A stretch of DNA of 64,000 nucleotides from the NCBI GenBank assembly GCA_963809485.1, contig CAWEJX010000001.1, forward strand, positions 96,001-160,000, in the 5' to 3' direction. Position numbers and translations under genes: made by a program. Below, piece by piece: positions 1 to 9,319 of the stretch. The stretch is from an uncultured Acidobacteriota bacterium. Its GTDB lineage: Bacteria; Acidobacteriota; UBA6911. The notes under the pieces were generated by a model. It was given only the letters and a program-made list of their open reading frames with translations. It did not search any database and was not told where the DNA came from. The number at the start of each line of letters is the position of its first letter. The first letter of the stretch is position 1.

Positions 1-312
1 ATTGCGCGGCACATTTCATCCGTGGTGGCCTGGCCTCCCAGGTCCCCTGTAACCGCCAGCCCCTCGCGCACCACTTTTCGCATGGCCTGATCGATATTCC
101 GGGCCAAATCATTGAGTTTCAGATATTCGAGCATAAGTATGGCCGATCGCGGAAGCGCGATTGGATTTGCTATCCCCTTCCCTGCGATATCGGGCGCGGT
201 TCCATGAACAGCCTCGAAAATCGCGCAGTCCTTGCCATAGCTCACGCCGGTCACCAGGCCCGATTCCGTCGCCCGGAATCAGAGTTATGATTTGTCCTGG
301 TTCGTAATTCAT
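1..312 (-). pseudogene. Isocitrate/isopropylmalate dehydrogenase family remnant with large internal deletion (runs off window edge)
   Basis: N-terminal motif ITLIPGDGIGP is joined, out of frame, directly to the C-terminal region GLVTGVSYGKDCAIFEAVHGTAPDIAGKGIANP...TGDLGGQATT. The central part of the enzyme is missing. Confidence 0.8.
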
Positions 313-620
313 TGTTCTATCTCCGTATCTATTTCTATGCGGATTTTGCCGTTCGGATTATCCATCTTCAGGTGACGGATCATGCCCCGAAGCGTATCCA
401 GGACAATAATGCGGGAAAAACCCTGGCTCATATTCAGGGGCACAGGAGTATTGTTGACCCATATCTGCACGGATTCTCCCTCGATCTCATATTTCAGAGT
501 TTTTATGGGCAGGGGTATTTTGAGCGAAGACGCCGCTGCCAGACAAACATTGCCGACAAATTTGCCGATAAAGGATGTCAGCGGCGCCTCGATCTCATTG
601 CTATACATTTGAATTCGCAT
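309..620 (-). CDS. Hypothetical protein (103 aa), two imperfect internal repeats
   Basis: ORF from ATG 620 (MRIQMYSNE...); its stop overlaps the dehydrogenase start (ATGA overlap). Confidence 0.6.
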   Translation of the reverse strand: MRIQMYSNEIEAPLTSFIGKFVGNVCLAAASSLKIPLPIKTLKYEIEGESVQIWVNNTPVPLNMSQGFSRIIVLDTLRGMIRHLKMDNPNGKIRIEIDTEIEQ

Positions 621-783
621 AGTCCGAGATTCTATCACAGCCCCGCAAAAATCCCGCACCCGCCGCAAACCATGGCGGCGCAAGCATGATGCCGGATTCG
701 CAAATTGCGGTTCCTCATGATCTTTGATAACATCTGCCATTCCCGATAACATTCAAGGGCAATCCAGGGAAAGGCACGAGATC

Positions 784-1755
784 ATGGAAAAGATGGTCGT
801 CACCGGAGGCGCAGGATTTATAGGATCCAATCTTTCCGAGCATCTTGTAAAGCAGGGTTATGCGGTTACCGTGATAGACAACCTGAGCACGGGCAGGACG
901 CAGAACCTGTCGGGCTGGTCCGAGCAAGCGGGGAAGAAGTTCAAATTTCTTCAGCTGGATATCAACAAAACCGATCGGTTGCGCAAAGCCTTCCGCGGCG
1001 CTTCCTATGTATTTCACCTGGCTGCCATTCCCTCCGTCGCGCGCTCTATCGCCGATCCGGCCGCTACGCAATCGGCAAATATCAATGGAACGCTGTCGGT
1101 GCTGATCGCGGCGCGCGATGCCGGGGTCAAGAGAGTGATTGCAGCATCCTCCTCCTCGATTTATGGGGACGATCCGAACCTGCCGAAAAGGGAGGATCGT
1201 ACAGGGCGGTCTCTCTCGCCTTACGCGTTGAGCAAGTCTGTAACTGAAAATTACTGCAGGCTTTTTTGCCAGCTCTACGGGCTCGAAACGGTTTGCCTGA
1301 GATACTTTAATGTTTTCGGACCGCGGCAGGATCCGAAATCCGAATATGCGGCGGTGATTCCCCGTTTCTGCACCCGTTTGCTGGCCGGCATGCCTCCAAT
1401 CGTATATGGAGACGGCGAGCAAAGCAGGGATTTCACCTTTGTGACCAATGTTGTCCAGGCAAACTGGAATGCAGCCACCAGTCCCGGGGTTGCCGGTGAA
1501 GCCTATAACATCGGGTGCGGCACCCAAACCAGCCTGAACCGCCTGATTGAAATGCTAAAGGCCATCCTCGGAAGCGCGGTCCAGCCGGTTTACGAAGAAG
1601 CCCGCAAGGGGGATGTTCGGCATTCCGTGGCGGATATAAGCAAGGCGTCCCGTATGCTGGGGTATTCTCCGGCAGTCTCGCTCGAGACAGGACTCGAGCG
1701 CGTGCTGGAATGGTACCGTAGCGGATTGGAAGCGGCAGCGGCTGGTCCCAAATAG
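784..1755 (+). CDS. NAD-dependent nucleotide-sugar epimerase/dehydratase (UDP-GlcNAc 4-epimerase-like SDR)
   Basis: VTGGAGFIGS Rossmann motif, SPYALSK (YxxxK), LRYFNVFGPRQDP. Confidence 0.9.
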   Translation: MEKMVVTGGAGFIGSNLSEHLVKQGYAVTVIDNLSTGRTQNLSGWSEQAGKKFKFLQLDINKTDRLRKAFRGASYVFHLAAIPSVARSIADPAATQSANINGTLSVLIAARDAGVKRVIAASSSSIYGDDPNLPKREDRTGRSLSPYALSKSVTENYCRLFCQLYGLETVCLRYFNVFGPRQDPKSEYAAVIPRFCTRLLAGMPPIVYGDGEQSRDFTFVTNVVQANWNAATSPGVAGEAYNIGCGTQTSLNRLIEMLKAILGSAVQPVYEEARKGDVRHSVADISKASRMLGYSPAVSLETGLERVLEWYRSGLEAAAAGPK

Positions 1756-1863
1756 GGTGCGGGAACTGTCACTGGAAAAAAACGCGATCCTCGATTCAAC
1801 CGGTGGATTGCCCAAAAGCTTCCGTACATTCAGTCGGAGATTTTAATCCAAACGCACAAGAAA

Positions 1864-2973
1864 ATGCTCTCGTTTCTTTTTGTGGATACGGAACGAGTCT
1901 GGAGAGGGGGGCAGGATCAGCTTCTCGCTCTTTTAAAGGGGCTGTGTGGGCGCGGTCACGCCGTGCACCTTGTATGCCAGCCCGGCACGCTACTGGAAAC
2001 CCGTGCCCGCGAATATGGCATCGTCGTGCACCCGGTTGCGATCCGGAGCGAAGCGGGGCCGATAGCATTTCTGCGCCTGTTGGCGGTTCTTCTTAAGGTC
2101 CGCCCTGAGATCCTCGCGTTTAACACACCGAGAGCCATTCTGTGCGGGACCCTGGCTTCGCGCTTCGCCTCAGTGGGCGCAAGGATTATTTTTCGCCGGG
2201 TCAATTTTCCGTTGCGGAGGAATTATTTCACTCTGCTTAAATACACCTGGGGAATCGACTGCATCGTGGCCATCTCGGAATCGATCCGGCTGCAGCTGCA
2301 GGTCTGCGGGATCCCGGCCTCCAGAATCAGAACGATTTACGAAGGGATGGATCTGTCGCACTATCCGGTGCATGTCCCCCTCAAGGCGCGCCGCTCCGAT
2401 GAGCTGGCCGTAATCGGCACAGTGGCACATCTGAGCCGTGAGAAGGGCCTCAACTATCTCATTGAGGCCGCTTCCGTGATTCCGGATGTTCAAAAGCGGA
2501 TGCGTTTCGTCATAGTCGGAAACGGGAATTGCCGGCAGGAGCTTGAGAAGCTTGTTCACGAAAAAGGTCTGACCGAAGTGTTTCATTTTGCCGGGTTCCA
2601 TTCCGACATTTCCTCGTTCATGAAATCCTTCGACATGTTTGCCCTTCCCAGCCTTTCCGAAGGTTTGTCCTCCGCGATTCTGGAAGCGATGTCGGCTTCG
2701 CTCCCGATCATCGCAACCAATGTCGGAGGCATTCCGGAACTCGTGACCAGCGGAGACAACGGGCTGCTCGTGCCGCCCGGAGATCCGGCAGCCCTTGCGC
2801 GAGCCATACGGCAGCTTGCAGACAATCCTCAGGAATGCCTGAGGATGGGCCGGCGAGGGAGAGCGCGCATGGAGGAACAATTCACGCTCGACCGGAAAAT
2901 TTTGGAAACGGAACAGCTTTGCGCTACCCTGCTTAAAAAGCCGGCCCGTGCACCCGGAAGCGCCTATGTCTAA
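1864..2973 (+). CDS. Glycosyltransferase family 4
   Basis: WRGGQDQ N-terminus; PSLSEGLSSAILEAM (Ex7E) and TNVGGIPE motifs. Confidence 0.9.
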   Translation: MLSFLFVDTERVWRGGQDQLLALLKGLCGRGHAVHLVCQPGTLLETRAREYGIVVHPVAIRSEAGPIAFLRLLAVLLKVRPEILAFNTPRAILCGTLASRFASVGARIIFRRVNFPLRRNYFTLLKYTWGIDCIVAISESIRLQLQVCGIPASRIRTIYEGMDLSHYPVHVPLKARRSDELAVIGTVAHLSREKGLNYLIEAASVIPDVQKRMRFVIVGNGNCRQELEKLVHEKGLTEVFHFAGFHSDISSFMKSFDMFALPSLSEGLSSAILEAMSASLPIIATNVGGIPELVTSGDNGLLVPPGDPAALARAIRQLADNPQECLRMGRRGRARMEEQFTLDRKILETEQLCATLLKKPARAPGSAYV

Positions 2974-4231
2974 TTCGCCATCAAAATTCCTGCCTCCTTC
3001 CCTGAAGAGCAAACCCGAGGCGGCGGCATTCCTCGCGCTGGCAGGCTGCGTTTCCCTGGCAATGGTTTCCATAGCTGCATCCGAAATCCTGCTGGCTGTT
3101 GCGGGTTTGGGGTATCTCTGGCTCCGCAGGCAGCAGGATGGCCCCGTGCCTCCGGGCATGAGGATTATCCTGCCGATGCTCGCTTTCATGGCATGGATGA
3201 TCATTGCAGCTCTCGCGTCACCCAATCCTGCCCTTGGATTGACTATCGCCAAGAAATTTTACCTGTACCTGCTCGTGTTTCTGGTCCCCTTCATCGCGCG
3301 CGGCGAAGGCAGGGCGATCTGGATCTGCAAAGCCCTGTTTGCATCGGCCGTTGTTGCTTCTCTCTCCGGCCTGGCCCAGTTCATTTCCGATCCGCACAGG
3401 GATCTACTGCACCGCATCTCGGGCTTCATGAGCCAGTGGATGACTTACTCCGGCCTGCTGATGCTGGCGCTCGTGATTCTTGTCGCCTACGCCCTGCGCT
3501 TCGGGTTGAAACGCCAATCATGGGTAATCCCGGCTTTCGCCTGCATCTTTCCGGCGCTTCTATTTTCACAGACCCGAAGCTCGTGGATGGGGGCGATGGC
3601 CGGTATTGCCGTTTTGATCCTGTTGTGGCGTCCCCGGGCAATTGCCGTATTGGTTTTTCTGGTGCTGGCCTTATACCTTCTGTCGCCGGATATGATCAAG
3701 GAACGTTTCCGGTCCGGCCTTGATCCCAGCGATCCGAACACCCGGAACCGCATTGAACTGTTCCAGACCTCGATGCGGGTGATCCGCGACCACCCCTGGC
3801 TTGGAGTGGGCCCCAAAAACGTAAAACATGAAGCGTTGAAATACCGCGGGCGCAATGAGTTTCCGGACTGGATGTACCAGCACATGCATAACAACATCCT
3901 CCAAATTGCCGCGGAAACCGGCATCGTCGGCCTCGCGTTGTGGCTGTGGTTCATGCTCCGGCTTGCATGGGACGCGCTGGGCACCTATCGAAGGGCACTT
4001 CGGGATGCTACTTATCCCGGAGGCGAAAGACTCCGCCGCGAAGCCGCCATGATTTCCTCGGCTGCTCTCGGTTCATGGGCGGCGCTGGTGGCGGCCGGAA
4101 TGTTTGAATACAATTTCGGAGATTCCGAAGTGCTCCTGTTGTTTCTCTTCGCAACGAGCGTTCCCTATGCTTTCGACCAATATAAAGCCGAAGCTACGGT
4201 CGCGCGGGCAGCGCCGGAATCCCGGAGCTGA
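2966..4231 (+). CDS. O-antigen ligase (WaaL/Wzy_C family)
   Basis: Multi-TM protein with SQTRSSW, HPWLGVG and HMHNNILQIAAETGIVGL motifs. Confidence 0.85.
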   Translation: MSNSPSKFLPPSLKSKPEAAAFLALAGCVSLAMVSIAASEILLAVAGLGYLWLRRQQDGPVPPGMRIILPMLAFMAWMIIAALASPNPALGLTIAKKFYLYLLVFLVPFIARGEGRAIWICKALFASAVVASLSGLAQFISDPHRDLLHRISGFMSQWMTYSGLLMLALVILVAYALRFGLKRQSWVIPAFACIFPALLFSQTRSSWMGAMAGIAVLILLWRPRAIAVLVFLVLALYLLSPDMIKERFRSGLDPSDPNTRNRIELFQTSMRVIRDHPWLGVGPKNVKHEALKYRGRNEFPDWMYQHMHNNILQIAAETGIVGLALWLWFMLRLAWDALGTYRRALRDATYPGGERLRREAAMISSAALGSWAALVAAGMFEYNFGDSEVLLLFLFATSVPYAFDQYKAEATVARAAPESRS

Positions 4232-4292
4232 CAGCATCGGTCGCCTGCAAAACGGACCGGCTGCCATTGCGCGGCCGGGGACAGGATTCAGA

Positions 4293-5390
4293 TTGAAGAT
4301 CGCGATTCTTGGCACCCGGGGCATTCCGGCGAATTATGGAGGCTTTGAAACCTTTGCCGAGGAGTGCGCCGCGGGACTCACAGCCCGGGGGCATGAGGTC
4401 ACCGTCTACGGCCGTTCGCGCTATGTTCCGGGAACCCTGACCCTGCATCGGGGCATTCGGCTGGTGGTGCTTCCGACGCTCGCCTGGAAATACACGGATA
4501 CTGTGGTCCATACGCTTTTCTCCGTTGTTCATGCCCTCTTCCGCAGGTTCGACGTAATTCTGATCTGTAATGCGGCCAATAGCGTCTTCACGTGGATCCC
4601 GCGGATTTTGGGAACTCCTGTTGTTCTCAATGTCGATGGCATCGAAAGACACCGGCGAAAATGGAATCGCCTGGGAAGAGCCTACTATCACCTGTGCGAG
4701 TATCTCTCCACCGTGTTCCCCAATGTCATTGTCACGGATGCGCGCGTGATAGAAAGGTATTACCGGGATGCGTACGGCGCAGCTTCGGTATTTATTCCCT
4801 ACGGCGCGTTCACTGGAAAGCCTCAGGGATGTGAAGTCCTGGAGCGGCTCGGAGTGAAAAGCGGAGAGTATTTCCTCTATGTAAGCCGGCTGGAGCCGGA
4901 GAACAACGCACACCTGGTGGTAGAAGCTTTCGAGAAAGTGAAGACATCCAAGCGCCTGGTCGTTGTGGGCGATGCTCCCTACGCTCCGGAATATATTGAG
5001 AAGGTTCGCGCGACGCAGGATCCGCGGATTCTTTTCCCGGGCGCCCTCTATGGACAGTCCTATTGGCAACTGCAGGCAAACGCCTTCTGTTACATCCATG
5101 CCACCGAGGTGGGAGGAACGCATCCGGCTCTCATCGAGGCTATGGGACAGGGAAACATCATCGTGGCAAACAGCACGCCCGAAAATATCGAGGTGCTGGA
5201 TTCCGCCGGCCTCACGTATCGGAAAAACGATGGGGACGATTTGTCCCGATGCCTGCAGGAAATCGACGACAATCCCGCGAGGTTCGTCGGGCTTAAAGCG
5301 GCAGCACTGGAGCGCGCCCGCGCCTTTTACTCATGGGAGAGCGTGATCGATCAGTATGAAAAGCTTTTCCATAGACTGACCTCAGCCTGA
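4293..5390 (+). CDS. Glycosyltransferase family 4 (DUF1972-type N-terminus)
   Basis: TTG start giving KIAILGTRGIPANYGGFETF; SRLEPENN; EVGGTHPALIEAM. Confidence 0.88.
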   Translation: MKIAILGTRGIPANYGGFETFAEECAAGLTARGHEVTVYGRSRYVPGTLTLHRGIRLVVLPTLAWKYTDTVVHTLFSVVHALFRRFDVILICNAANSVFTWIPRILGTPVVLNVDGIERHRRKWNRLGRAYYHLCEYLSTVFPNVIVTDARVIERYYRDAYGAASVFIPYGAFTGKPQGCEVLERLGVKSGEYFLYVSRLEPENNAHLVVEAFEKVKTSKRLVVVGDAPYAPEYIEKVRATQDPRILFPGALYGQSYWQLQANAFCYIHATEVGGTHPALIEAMGQGNIIVANSTPENIEVLDSAGLTYRKNDGDDLSRCLQEIDDNPARFVGLKAAALERARAFYSWESVIDQYEKLFHRLTSA

Positions 5391-5515
5391 ATGCCGTTCT
5401 TCAGCGTTTTTACAGCGTTCGTCGGCGTTATCCATTAATAAAACCGGATAACCCTGTGAGTCAGCAGCCCAAGCCGGGCTTTTGAGCCAAGCAGGAAGCA
5501 TCCGACTCAATAGTT

Positions 5516-5524
5516 TGCTATAAT
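5516..5524 (+). promoter_or_regulatory. Extended -10 promoter element upstream of wzm
   Basis: TGcTATAAT in an intergenic gap, 24 bp before the wzm ATG. Confidence 0.5.
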
Positions 5525-5547
5525 GCGCGCCTTGCCTGAGGAGTGGA

Positions 5548-6390
5548 ATGCAAAAAAGGTCGAGAGTCCCTCCCATGTTGGCGCCATGGGTCATCCTTTC
5601 CAATTTCCTGCGCAAGATCTACATCCAGCGCAGCCTGATTCACAATTTCGTCGTGCGCGATTTGAGGGCCCGCTATATCGGATCTTTTATGGGATTTTTC
5701 TGGAGCGTGATCCATCCGATCGTGCTCCTGGTCAGTTATACCTTTGTCTTTTCCGTAATATTCGGGGTCCGGCCAAGGCCCGATGCCGGCACGACCAGCT
5801 TCCCGCTCTTCCTTTTCTGCAGCATTCTTCCCTGGCTTTTTTTCCAGGATACTCTCCAGCGTTCAAGCACCGTTATCATTGAAAACGCCAATTTGGTGAC
5901 CAAAACCCTGTTTCCCAGTGAAATTCTGCCTCTCTCTGTAATGCTGGCGGGCGTCGTCAATCACCTGATCGGGTTTGCCATACTCCTCTGCATCCTGCTC
6001 TTCACCCTGGGCAAGATAAGCGTTTTCATCCTCCTGATACCGGTCTACTTTGTCCTCCTGATGCTTTTTACGCTGGGACTGTCGTGGTTCGTTGCCGGCC
6101 TGAATGTGTTCGTGCGCGATGTGTCCCAGATACTCAGCGTGGTTCTGACATTCTGGTTCTGGTTCACGCCGATCTTCTATTCGACCGACCGGTTCCCTGC
6201 CGGAATGCGCTTCCTGGTCGATTGGAATCCCCTGGCTCAGGTCGTTGCCGGTTACCGGGATTGTCTGCTGCGCATGAGTATGCCCGACATGGGCATACTG
6301 GCCATCCTGGGCGTAGCGTCTCTGCTTGTGTTTGCAGCCGGCGGCATATTTTTCCGGGTGATAAAACGCGAATTCGTGGATGTTCTCTGA
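5548..6390 (+). CDS. wzm: ABC-2 polysaccharide exporter permease
   Basis: RDLRARYIGSFMGFFWS, NLVTKTLFP, TPIFY and NPL motifs; about 6 TM segments. Confidence 0.9.
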   Translation: MQKRSRVPPMLAPWVILSNFLRKIYIQRSLIHNFVVRDLRARYIGSFMGFFWSVIHPIVLLVSYTFVFSVIFGVRPRPDAGTTSFPLFLFCSILPWLFFQDTLQRSSTVIIENANLVTKTLFPSEILPLSVMLAGVVNHLIGFAILLCILLFTLGKISVFILLIPVYFVLLMLFTLGLSWFVAGLNVFVRDVSQILSVVLTFWFWFTPIFYSTDRFPAGMRFLVDWNPLAQVVAGYRDCLLRMSMPDMGILAILGVASLLVFAAGGIFFRVIKREFVDVL

Positions 6391-7703
6391 TGCGTGCCAT
6401 TCAAGTCCAGAACCTGTCGAAGAGATATCGGATTTACCGCAGCCCCTGGGACAAGCTGCGCGAGGCTACAGGTTTTGGATCGGGCAAACTTCACCGGGAA
6501 TTTTGGGCTTTGAAAGACATTTCCTTCAGTCTGGACTCCGGCCGGACACTGGGAATAATCGGCCAGAACGGATCAGGGAAAAGCACTCTGCTGCAGATCC
6601 TGGCAGGGATCATGCTCCAGACCGGCGGAGATTGTTTTGTTTCGGGCAAGGTCTCGGCCCTGCTCGAACTCGGATCAGGATTCAATCCGGAGTTTACGGG
6701 GCGCGAGAACGTCTTTATGAACGGGGCGATCCTGGGCCTCGACACGCGCCAGATGGAAAAGCGTTTCGACGACATCGCGGCATTCGCGGAGATCGGCAAC
6801 TTCATGGACCAGCCCGTGAAGACGTACTCCAGCGGGATGTTCATGCGCCTGGCATTTGCCGTAGCCGTAAACGTGGATCCCGATATCCTGCTCGTGGACG
6901 AGGCGCTTGCGGTCGGGGATCTGATTTTTCAGCACCGGTGCATGCACCGGATGAATCATCTGCGGGACGGCGGGAAGACTATTGTCCTTGTCACTCACGA
7001 TCTGGATGCCGTCACGAAGTTTTGCGACCAGGCTCTTCTTCTGGACGGCGGCCGGATTCTTGAAAACGGCAAACCGGAACTCGTCGTTCAGAGGTACCGC
7101 GCCCTCATCTTCGAACGGGAGCGTGGCCGGATCGATTTCAGCCGAACCAATGAATCGCCGGACAACTCCGGCCTGTTCACGCCGGCGGACAAAATGCCCA
7201 TCGCGCGGTCCATACCGAACATCGATCACCGTTTCGGGAGCAAGGAAGCCTCAATCCTTGGGGTGGAGTTGCTGGACGAACAAGGGAACCCGGTTGCGGA
7301 GGCATTCACAGGACAAAATATTACCATACGCATCTCCGCGCAGTTCCACTGCGAGATTGATCAGCCCATTCTCGGGTATACGCTCCGGAACAGGCTGGGC
7401 ATTGAAATCTCTGCCAGCAACACTACTTTCGCAGGTTACCCCTTGCCCCGGGCGCAAAAGGACCAGATCTGCACCAGCGATTTTTCCGTCCGGCTGCCTG
7501 CCCTTGCCGTGGGGAGTTACACAATATCCCCCGCCGTGGCCAAAGGGAGCCTGCTGCACCATGACATGTGCGACTGGATCGACAACGCCCTGGTTTTCAC
7601 CATCCGCTCGCAGGATCTGATTTACGGCGTGCTGCGCATGGACGCGGATGTACGGAGCTACATTTCCTGCGAGGAAAAGGAAAATGCAGGATCTCGAGGA
7701 TAA
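6390..7703 (+). CDS. wzt: Polysaccharide ABC exporter ATPase with C-terminal carbohydrate-binding (Wzt_C) domain
   Basis: GQNGSGKST Walker A, YSSGM signature, LLVDEALAVGD, C-terminal extension. ATG at 6390 overlaps the wzm TGA. Confidence 0.92.
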   Translation: MRAIQVQNLSKRYRIYRSPWDKLREATGFGSGKLHREFWALKDISFSLDSGRTLGIIGQNGSGKSTLLQILAGIMLQTGGDCFVSGKVSALLELGSGFNPEFTGRENVFMNGAILGLDTRQMEKRFDDIAAFAEIGNFMDQPVKTYSSGMFMRLAFAVAVNVDPDILLVDEALAVGDLIFQHRCMHRMNHLRDGGKTIVLVTHDLDAVTKFCDQALLLDGGRILENGKPELVVQRYRALIFERERGRIDFSRTNESPDNSGLFTPADKMPIARSIPNIDHRFGSKEASILGVELLDEQGNPVAEAFTGQNITIRISAQFHCEIDQPILGYTLRNRLGIEISASNTTFAGYPLPRAQKDQICTSDFSVRLPALAVGSYTISPAVAKGSLLHHDMCDWIDNALVFTIRSQDLIYGVLRMDADVRSYISCEEKENAGSRG

Positions 7704-7706
7704 GCC

Positions 7707-9068
7707 GTGATTCCCAAAGACCTCTCTAAGCTGGCCGTCCCCATGGATTCCCTCAAACGAATCGAGATTGCTCGAGGCTATTTCGATGACATCGAATACC
7801 ATCCGGGCATCCTGACCGCCACGGGTTGGATGCTTCTGCAAGGATCAAGGATTGACGCGATTCATGCCTATATCAACGGCGAACCCGCTGCTGTGAGCCC
7901 CCCCGTATATCGCGCCGACGTTGCCCGCGAATTATCCCGCATAAAAGACGCAGGATATTCGGGATTCAGTTTTCAGTTGCCATACAAGGCGACGGCGGAC
8001 GGCAATTACGGCTGGCTGGACCTGATAGGGTATCGGGCGGATCGACCGGTCTGCCAAATGAATACCCTGTTCCACACAAATATTGAGGCGGTTGAACCGA
8101 CTCCCAATCCGGATCTGATGTATCGAGTCGTAAACAACCGCGACAAGCGCGCATTCAAAACAAGCGGCGTCAAGTCCTTCGGTGAATTTCTCAAGCCCAT
8201 CCTGCAATATGCGGAACCGGACGCTTTGCATGCCATGCTCGACTGGGGTTGCGGGTGTGGGCGCATGACAATTCATTTTTTGGCGCTGGGCGACAGCTTT
8301 AAAGTCCATGGCTGCGATATCGACGCGGAAGCGGTAAGTTGGTGCCGGGAGAACCTTTCTGCCGGTAAATTCACCGCTATTCAGCCGTATCCGCCGGCAC
8401 CATACGTCGACTCAAGCTTCGACATCATTATTGGTTTTTCGGTTTTTACTCATTTAAAACGCGAAGCCCAAAATGCATGGCTTTTGGAAATGCGCCGGCT
8501 GCTCTCACCGGGGGGAATCTTTCTGGCATCGGTTCATGGCGATTCCGTAGCGAGCGATGAAATCCCGGGGCGGATGCAAGATCTTTTGCGCAAAGGCATT
8601 TTGGATGATATTGGGGATTCCACCCTGAATGGAATCGCGCCTGAAGGATATTACAGGGGCGTTTTCCAGACACGCGAATACACTTTGCGGGAATGGACCA
8701 AGTACTTCGAAATTTTGGACTATATCAAACGAGGCGTGGGAAACAGGCAGGATCTTGTGATTATGCGAGCTCCCCCGAGTTTCGCGAAAGTGACGGCTTC
8801 AACAATTCGGCAAGGGCTTCCACCAGAGGCTGCGCTGCGAGAGAACGCTGCTTTGAGTCTTCAGCACAATCTGCAGGAGCGGGTTTCAGCGCTCGAGGCC
8901 GAGACTGTTGCATTGAGAGAGGCATTAGACCGGATATCAGGCAAAGCTGGAACCCTGAAAAGCGGGATGGAATACCCTTACCGATGGACACAGAAAGCCA
9001 AGGACATGATCCGGCCCCTTGCAGGGCCTGCATGGCCCCTGATACGGAAAATTTTCCGAAGACGCTAA
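7707..9068 (+). CDS. Class I SAM-dependent methyltransferase with N-terminal beta-rich domain and C-terminal coiled coil
   Basis: LDWGCGCGR motif I, FSVFTHL; C-terminal LQERVSALEAETVALREAL heptads. Confidence 0.8.
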   Translation: MIPKDLSKLAVPMDSLKRIEIARGYFDDIEYHPGILTATGWMLLQGSRIDAIHAYINGEPAAVSPPVYRADVARELSRIKDAGYSGFSFQLPYKATADGNYGWLDLIGYRADRPVCQMNTLFHTNIEAVEPTPNPDLMYRVVNNRDKRAFKTSGVKSFGEFLKPILQYAEPDALHAMLDWGCGCGRMTIHFLALGDSFKVHGCDIDAEAVSWCRENLSAGKFTAIQPYPPAPYVDSSFDIIIGFSVFTHLKREAQNAWLLEMRRLLSPGGIFLASVHGDSVASDEIPGRMQDLLRKGILDDIGDSTLNGIAPEGYYRGVFQTREYTLREWTKYFEILDYIKRGVGNRQDLVIMRAPPSFAKVTASTIRQGLPPEAALRENAALSLQHNLQERVSALEAETVALREALDRISGKAGTLKSGMEYPYRWTQKAKDMIRPLAGPAWPLIRKIFRRR

Positions 9069-9319
9069 TATCCGAGGAACGCTTGATGATCAGAAATGCG
9101 CGCTCAGGACCGGCCCGGCCAGCGAAACCCGGTCTGCAAATTTCCGCATAGTCTGCTTTTGCATGTATCCTCCAGAAAGACGTTATGCCCATGACCTCCG
9201 GATCCCTTTATCTGCTACAAATCCTCGGGCAAGTGGGCTAGACTTCTTGCTTCAATGGGATGATGCAGTCACAAAAATTCCGGCTCTGAAAGGCCGGTCA
9301 ATGCGAGCATTGCCGCCAA

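Noticed and set aside
6084-6389. 102-aa N-terminal extension of Wzt, or a Wzm-Wzt fusion
   Set aside because: It overlaps wzm in another frame and has a non-protein-like composition; ATG 6390 is coupled to the wzm stop.
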